64,000 bases of DNA from Candidatus Borrarchaeum weybense (lineage in GTDB: Archaea; Asgardarchaeota; Sifarchaeia; Borrarchaeales; Borrarchaeaceae). This document shows, piece by piece, positions 59,560-64,000 of this stretch. Made by a program: the position numbers and the translations under genes. The DNA lies in contig JAHQJS010000004.1 of the NCBI GenBank assembly GCA_019057385.1, positions 884,727 through 948,726 of the forward strand, given 5' to 3'. The stretch's first letter is position 1. Every line of letters begins with the position of its first letter. The notes under the pieces were generated by a model. It was not told the DNA's origin. It made no database searches and worked only from the letters and a program-made list of their open reading frames with translations.

Positions 59560-60264
59560 CTATTTTCCCTTTTCTTTCATCCATTTAGCCGCAATCTTTG
59601 CTGCTCCGGCAGCTGTTTCTGCCCAAGCATCAGCACCAATCTCCTCTTGCCAGGCAGGCGTTGTTGGAGCGCCCCCAATTAATACTATATAGTCATCTCG
59701 TTTTCCTAAGGCTTCTAACAGCTCAAGAACTTCTTTTTGAGATCCCATCGTGGTCGCCATAAGTGCGGAAAGAGCAATTATATCAGCATTTACTTCCTCA
59801 GCTTTTTCAATGAACTGCATAGAGGGAACTTTATTTCCTAAGTCAAATACTTCAAAACCAGAAACTTCCATCATCACTTTGACAATGTTCTTTCCAATAT
59901 CATGAACGTCCCCAAATACTGTTCCTAATACAACCTTGCCTTTTGTCTTAGGAAGCTCAGTGGATTTCTTAAGTGGTTCTATAAGAATAGAAGTAGCAGC
60001 TTGCATCGCTTCGGCGGCAACCACAAGTTCAGGGAGAAAAATCTCCATTTTATCGAATTTCTCACCTATTTGCTCCATCGTAGGGACTAAAACCTCATCG
60101 ATCGCTTTTAATGGATCAATTTGGGCAATTAAAATTTCTTTTGCCACTTGTTTTGCCTTTTCAGGTTCGTATTTCTCCACAGCATTCTTTAATGCTTCGA
60201 AAAGATTCTCCATTTTTAAACACATCCTTAAATTTAAGCTAAAATTTGAGTCCAAGATCTTCAA
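59560..60264 (-). CDS. Methyltransferase cognate corrinoid protein (MtmC/MttC-like)
   Basis: GDVHDIGKN B12 motif and SALM; likely start MENLFE at 60213. Confidence 0.92.
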   Translation of the reverse strand: MKILDSNFSLNLRMCLKMENLFEALKNAVEKYEPEKAKQVAKEILIAQIDPLKAIDEVLVPTMEQIGEKFDKMEIFLPELVVAAEAMQAATSILIEPLKKSTELPKTKGKVVLGTVFGDVHDIGKNIVKVMMEVSGFEVFDLGNKVPSMQFIEKAEEVNADIIALSALMATTMGSQKEVLELLEALGKRDDYIVLIGGAPTTPAWQEEIGADAWAETAAGAAKIAAKWMKEKGK

Positions 60265-61615
60265 GTTCTTTTTTGACTCGTGTAAAAATGTTAACGTGTT
60301 CTTCAGAGGGCTTAACCGTGTTCAAATCATAGCATTCTTGAAATGTAAGCCCTAGAGGTGGGTTTTTTAAATTTTGTTCATATTTTGACATAATTTTGGT
60401 CACTAGGTCGTTGGCATCAGTTCTTTTCAATCCCGTTGCTGCATGGCCAACTTCGCAGCCCATCTTAGCTTCCATTCCAGTATTTCGATCTGGGTATTGA
60501 CTTTTAGCTGCCGATGCATTATTGATATGACATCCAGAAACAGCACCAGCTATACTCATCGCCGCAACCTCAAGGAAACACATATCTGTACAAGGACCAG
60601 CTGCAGTTATAGCCTCTGAAGCAGTAAGCAGATGAGTATTTCGACTAAGAGCTTGACATACAATGCTGGCAATCCAAATGGTTTCAGGTGCCGTACTACA
60701 AGAATATTTGAGATGCAGAGGCGGAAAGTCCGAATAAGCGACATTATAAGTAAGGACTCCCTGTAAATGATGTGCTAGGGTAACTATGGCGGTTCCTTCA
60801 GGTCCTCCTGCATATCCTCCCATTAACGGCACATACACGCCTCCTATCAAGACAGTATCTTGATCAGAGTAGTATAACGCCTTAGCGAGTTGACTATAAT
60901 CTGTTTTAAGCTCAGCAAGCGTAGCGATGAGCATTCCATCCACAGGTCTAACGCCAAGTTCTGGTTGATTCATGTTGATATACGAGGCCTCTGACAGAGC
61001 GCTTCCTATCAGATTATGAAATCCAATCAAAGGACGACCTGCTCTCTTTGTTCCTTCTTTTGCATAAATGAGATTGTAAGTAGATGCTAAGATTTCAATA
61101 GGAGTGCCTGCTCGTGGCACCATTCCAAATATAGTCTTTAATGGATATCCTCCACTTACTGTATCGGCTAATGGTTCTTGTGCAAGACTCTGAACTACTT
61201 TTGCATAAATATCCTCAGAGATTTCGCAACCACCTGAAGTTAAACATAAAGGTGGTTTTCTATCTTCAATACGTCTATTAGCCATTACTCTTTCATCAGT
61301 TCCAGCTCCGAACGTAATTTGACTTGGTGCTTCATGTAGTGCTAACCTTATCTCATCTTCCTCAAACTTGATTTGTCGATGTGTACTTAAACAATAAGTG
61401 CCTGTTTCTAAATAAAGTTCCAAAGCGGCATTAAACACAGCGTCCGCCAAACTATCGTCGGAAGGAACTAAAACCTCTGGATCATATCTTATATCATAAT
61501 CTTTAATTAATTCTTTGAGTTTTAATCTCATTATACTAAAATCAAAGTCTTTTTCCATACAAATTGGACCATCTTCAGCTCTCTTGATGACGTCTAATAA
61601 TTTTGATGCATGCAT
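60239..61615 (-). CDS. mtmB: MtmB-family monomethylamine:corrinoid methyltransferase homolog without pyrrolysine
   Basis: 458 aa; RAEDGP, AGRP, ELKTDY, GGYAGGPEG and FQECYD motifs; no in-frame TAG. Confidence 0.88.
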   Translation of the reverse strand: MHASKLLDVIKRAEDGPICMEKDFDFSIMRLKLKELIKDYDIRYDPEVLVPSDDSLADAVFNAALELYLETGTYCLSTHRQIKFEEDEIRLALHEAPSQITFGAGTDERVMANRRIEDRKPPLCLTSGGCEISEDIYAKVVQSLAQEPLADTVSGGYPLKTIFGMVPRAGTPIEILASTYNLIYAKEGTKRAGRPLIGFHNLIGSALSEASYINMNQPELGVRPVDGMLIATLAELKTDYSQLAKALYYSDQDTVLIGGVYVPLMGGYAGGPEGTAIVTLAHHLQGVLTYNVAYSDFPPLHLKYSCSTAPETIWIASIVCQALSRNTHLLTASEAITAAGPCTDMCFLEVAAMSIAGAVSGCHINNASAAKSQYPDRNTGMEAKMGCEVGHAATGLKRTDANDLVTKIMSKYEQNLKNPPLGLTFQECYDLNTVKPSEEHVNIFTRVKKELEDLGLKF

Positions 61616-61817
61616 GTACCATATCTTCCTTCATTTCTATTCATATAGCAAGCCTTTCGACTTCTCATCTTATGAACTTAATATTCTTTTTGTTTTGGAT
61701 ATGTATCTAAGGAAAACTAATGCAGTAAACATGTAGTATTATAACAATTTATTCATCATTTTTCCATAAACTATTTGAAATGTAGCTTCCTCTGGATATC
61801 AGGGAAAAAGAGTACAG

Positions 61818-62501
61818 ATGAATGTTCAAGCTAAACAGAAATTTCGCTGGAATGATGTGAGTACACTCCGAATAATCGTTTCAATATTGGGTATCCTTGT
61901 TGGATTCGCCGGTTTCGAACATGGGTTCTTTGAAATTCTTCAAGGGAATGTCATTCCTAATGAATTTGTCATAGATGCCATTGGTCCAGGGCAGAGGTTT
62001 TGGTCTGAGGGAACAGAACCTGCATTCACAATAATTCCAAATTATTTTATTACAGGTATTTTAGCAATGAGTATTGGTCTGTTAATGATTATTTGGGCTG
62101 CTCTATTTATTGAAAGGAAATATGGTGTCCGAATACTATTTCTACTGTCAATTACATTATTTTTGGTAGGAGGAGGGTTTGCACCACTACCGGTCGCATT
62201 ATTAGCTAGTTTTGTTGCAACTAGCATAAATAGTCCCTTAAACTGGTGGCGTACCCATCTCCCTGAGAACATTCAGAACATGCTTGTCAAGCTATGGCCG
62301 TGGAATGTCATCGTAGCTGTATTTTTATTTTTGTTTGCTGTTTTTGTCGCAATATTTGGCTATCCCATAATATGGTTTTTGTCTGCTGAACTTACTGTAT
62401 CATTTAACTTGATTATAGGTTTAATTGACCTTGGTATTATGGTGATTTCTATTCTGTCGGCAATTTCCTATGGTATCCAGAGCTCCCCAGATTCGAATTA
62501 A
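61818..62501 (+). CDS. Hypothetical membrane protein
   Basis: Five to six TM segments; EHGFFEILQGN and EPAFTIIPN motifs. Confidence 0.7.
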   Translation: MNVQAKQKFRWNDVSTLRIIVSILGILVGFAGFEHGFFEILQGNVIPNEFVIDAIGPGQRFWSEGTEPAFTIIPNYFITGILAMSIGLLMIIWAALFIERKYGVRILFLLSITLFLVGGGFAPLPVALLASFVATSINSPLNWWRTHLPENIQNMLVKLWPWNVIVAVFLFLFAVFVAIFGYPIIWFLSAELTVSFNLIIGLIDLGIMVISILSAISYGIQSSPDSN

Positions 62502-62592
62502 ACTGCTTAATGCAAATGAGTTTTTTGCAATTATTTAGGAATGAAAAGTGTGATTCTAATCAGGATTTGATTGATACTTTTTTAAAGAAATT

Positions 62593-63456
62593 TTATTTTT
62601 TGGGTTTTCTAAAAGCCAGTATAAAGTCGTGAACCCTGGAAATTACCATAGTTGTCGGATATCCTAAAGGACGTGTTGTATAATGAGGATGCTCCCATAT
62701 AATCATGTCTTGATATTCAAAGCCTATCTCTTTGCAGATGTGGATCATATCAATATGTATTGTGATTACTTCTGAACCTCTTCGAGAATCCTGAACTATG
62801 ACCACAAAGTACTTTCCTTTTTTTAAAACCTCAAAAACAAGTCTATAGATTTTCTCAAGTTCAGAAATAAATTTATTGTAGGTCTGAATATTGCCCAAGT
62901 CTCTGGAATCTTCACTATAAATTTTCCATTCTTTTTCAGTTTGTCCTGTATATTTACCGTTTATTCCATGAAGTCCGATCCAATAGGGCGGTGATGTCAA
63001 ACAAAAATCTACAGATTCTTTTTCAACATGAGAAAGAAGGTTTCTTGCATCATCGTAGATTATTTTATGATCATTAGATATTCTCGTTTTTTCATCAGAG
63101 TCGAACCAAGTCTCTATAGGTTTAGGGATTTCTTCCAGTCTTCCCTTAGCAATATTTGACCATTTTTCTGATAATTCTATTCCTAAGGCATCTCTATCTA
63201 AGTTCCTACTTACAACAACGGTTGTTCCAATTCCAACCATTGGGTCAAAAACAAAATCTCCTCTCTTAGTAAACATCCTTATCAAACGTTTTGCAACAAA
63301 ATCAGGAAAGATTGCTGGATGTCCATAATTATTTCTTACTGGTTGTTTAAATCTCCACGCAGATTTTGAGAATTGCACCCATTCTGCCCCAGTAAGGTCA
63401 TTTAGTCTATTCTCTCTCTTTTTAATTTTTTTATTGTTTTGGTTATTTTCATTCAA
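62593..63456 (-). CDS. DNA amino-methyltransferase (N4-C/N6-A)
   Basis: HPAIFP, motif I FDPMVGIGTT before motif IV TSPPY. Confidence 0.88.
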   Translation of the reverse strand: MNENNQNNKKIKKRENRLNDLTGAEWVQFSKSAWRFKQPVRNNYGHPAIFPDFVAKRLIRMFTKRGDFVFDPMVGIGTTVVVSRNLDRDALGIELSEKWSNIAKGRLEEIPKPIETWFDSDEKTRISNDHKIIYDDARNLLSHVEKESVDFCLTSPPYWIGLHGINGKYTGQTEKEWKIYSEDSRDLGNIQTYNKFISELEKIYRLVFEVLKKGKYFVVIVQDSRRGSEVITIHIDMIHICKEIGFEYQDMIIWEHPHYTTRPLGYPTTMVISRVHDFILAFRKPKK

Positions 63457-63617
63457 TTTAATCCTCTACATCTGTCAAGATCAACGATTTTCTTCTTGGC
63501 TTTAATATAGATCGTTTTTCATACAATTTTTCATTATATAAAAGACAGTTTTATCACAATAGTATGCGTGAATAATTCTATATACCTTAAGGTTCCCAAG
63601 ACGTATTGGGAATCATT

Positions 63618-64000
63618 ATGACGAACATTACTGAAATTAGTTCCAAAGAATGGATTAAAGAACATGAACCTATTGATGATTTTCTCGCAAAATAAATGAA
63701 TAGTGAGCAAGGATGACATGACCCTCTATTTGGATAATTTTGAACAGATACAGAAAGGAATTCAATGGCTAAGAGAGTGGGTAATCTTTGATGAGGAGAA
63801 GTTAAAGCGACGGTTAGATCGTTCAATCGAGGCTAAAGAAGAAGATAGCTACAGTATATCTCTCGAAGAACGAATTCACGATCTAGAAATAAAATTAGAT
63901 ATAAAATATACTTCAAGAGATACACTCCCGATTTATGTGTTATCACTCTTCAACGATCCGATTGTTAAGGAATTTAAGAATGCCTCGAACTCCCCCGAGT
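63618..64000 (+). pseudogene. Partial, possibly frameshifted hypothetical gene running off the window
   Basis: Short ORF MTNITEISS..FLAK* followed by a second frame open from about 63703 to the window end. Confidence 0.4.

Noticed and set aside
450-63826. Numerous short antisense or overlapping ORFs in the track
   Set aside because: These are shadow ORFs of well-supported genes.
62593-64000. Complete restriction-modification system
   Set aside because: Only the methyltransferase is recognisable. The divergent neighbour is partial and shows no clear nuclease motif.
1-64000. tRNA or rRNA genes
   Set aside because: No cloverleaf or rRNA-like segment was recognised; tRNAscan-SE would be needed to exclude them.

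Overview
64-kb window of an AT-rich archaeal chromosome, almost certainly Asgard: it has a bona fide actin, three Rab/Roc-like small GTPases, SDS22-type LRR proteins, TFB, PriS and XPD. Most of it is housekeeping and metabolic genes (AOR, SqdB, UvrB, a non-pyrrolysine MtmB with a corrinoid partner). The main accessory locus is 18.7-25.6 kb on the minus strand. It holds a 1323-aa SF2 helicase/wHTH/Zn-finger/Cas1 fusion, a Csm3/Cas7-like RAMP, a RAMP fused to a Cas10-type permuted HD nuclease and a GIY-YIG nuclease, which resembles the described Asgard ARAMP/aCas1 modules. There is no CRISPR array. Instead, each of the last three genes is followed by a copy of a ~122-nt structured repeat. Two copies have a TATA box at identical spacing and all show covarying stems, so they are candidate non-CRISPR RNA partners or Cas1 integration sites. 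The window is also rich in IS200/IS605-family elements: one TnpB element with a rearranged RuvC site, three omegaRNA-bearing MITEs, a standalone HEARO/IscB-type omegaRNA and five ~45-60 bp mini-elements. Three of these sit in or beside one methyltransferase gene, whose reading frame is restored by removing the two internal ones. All calls come from manual motif reading; no database searches were run.
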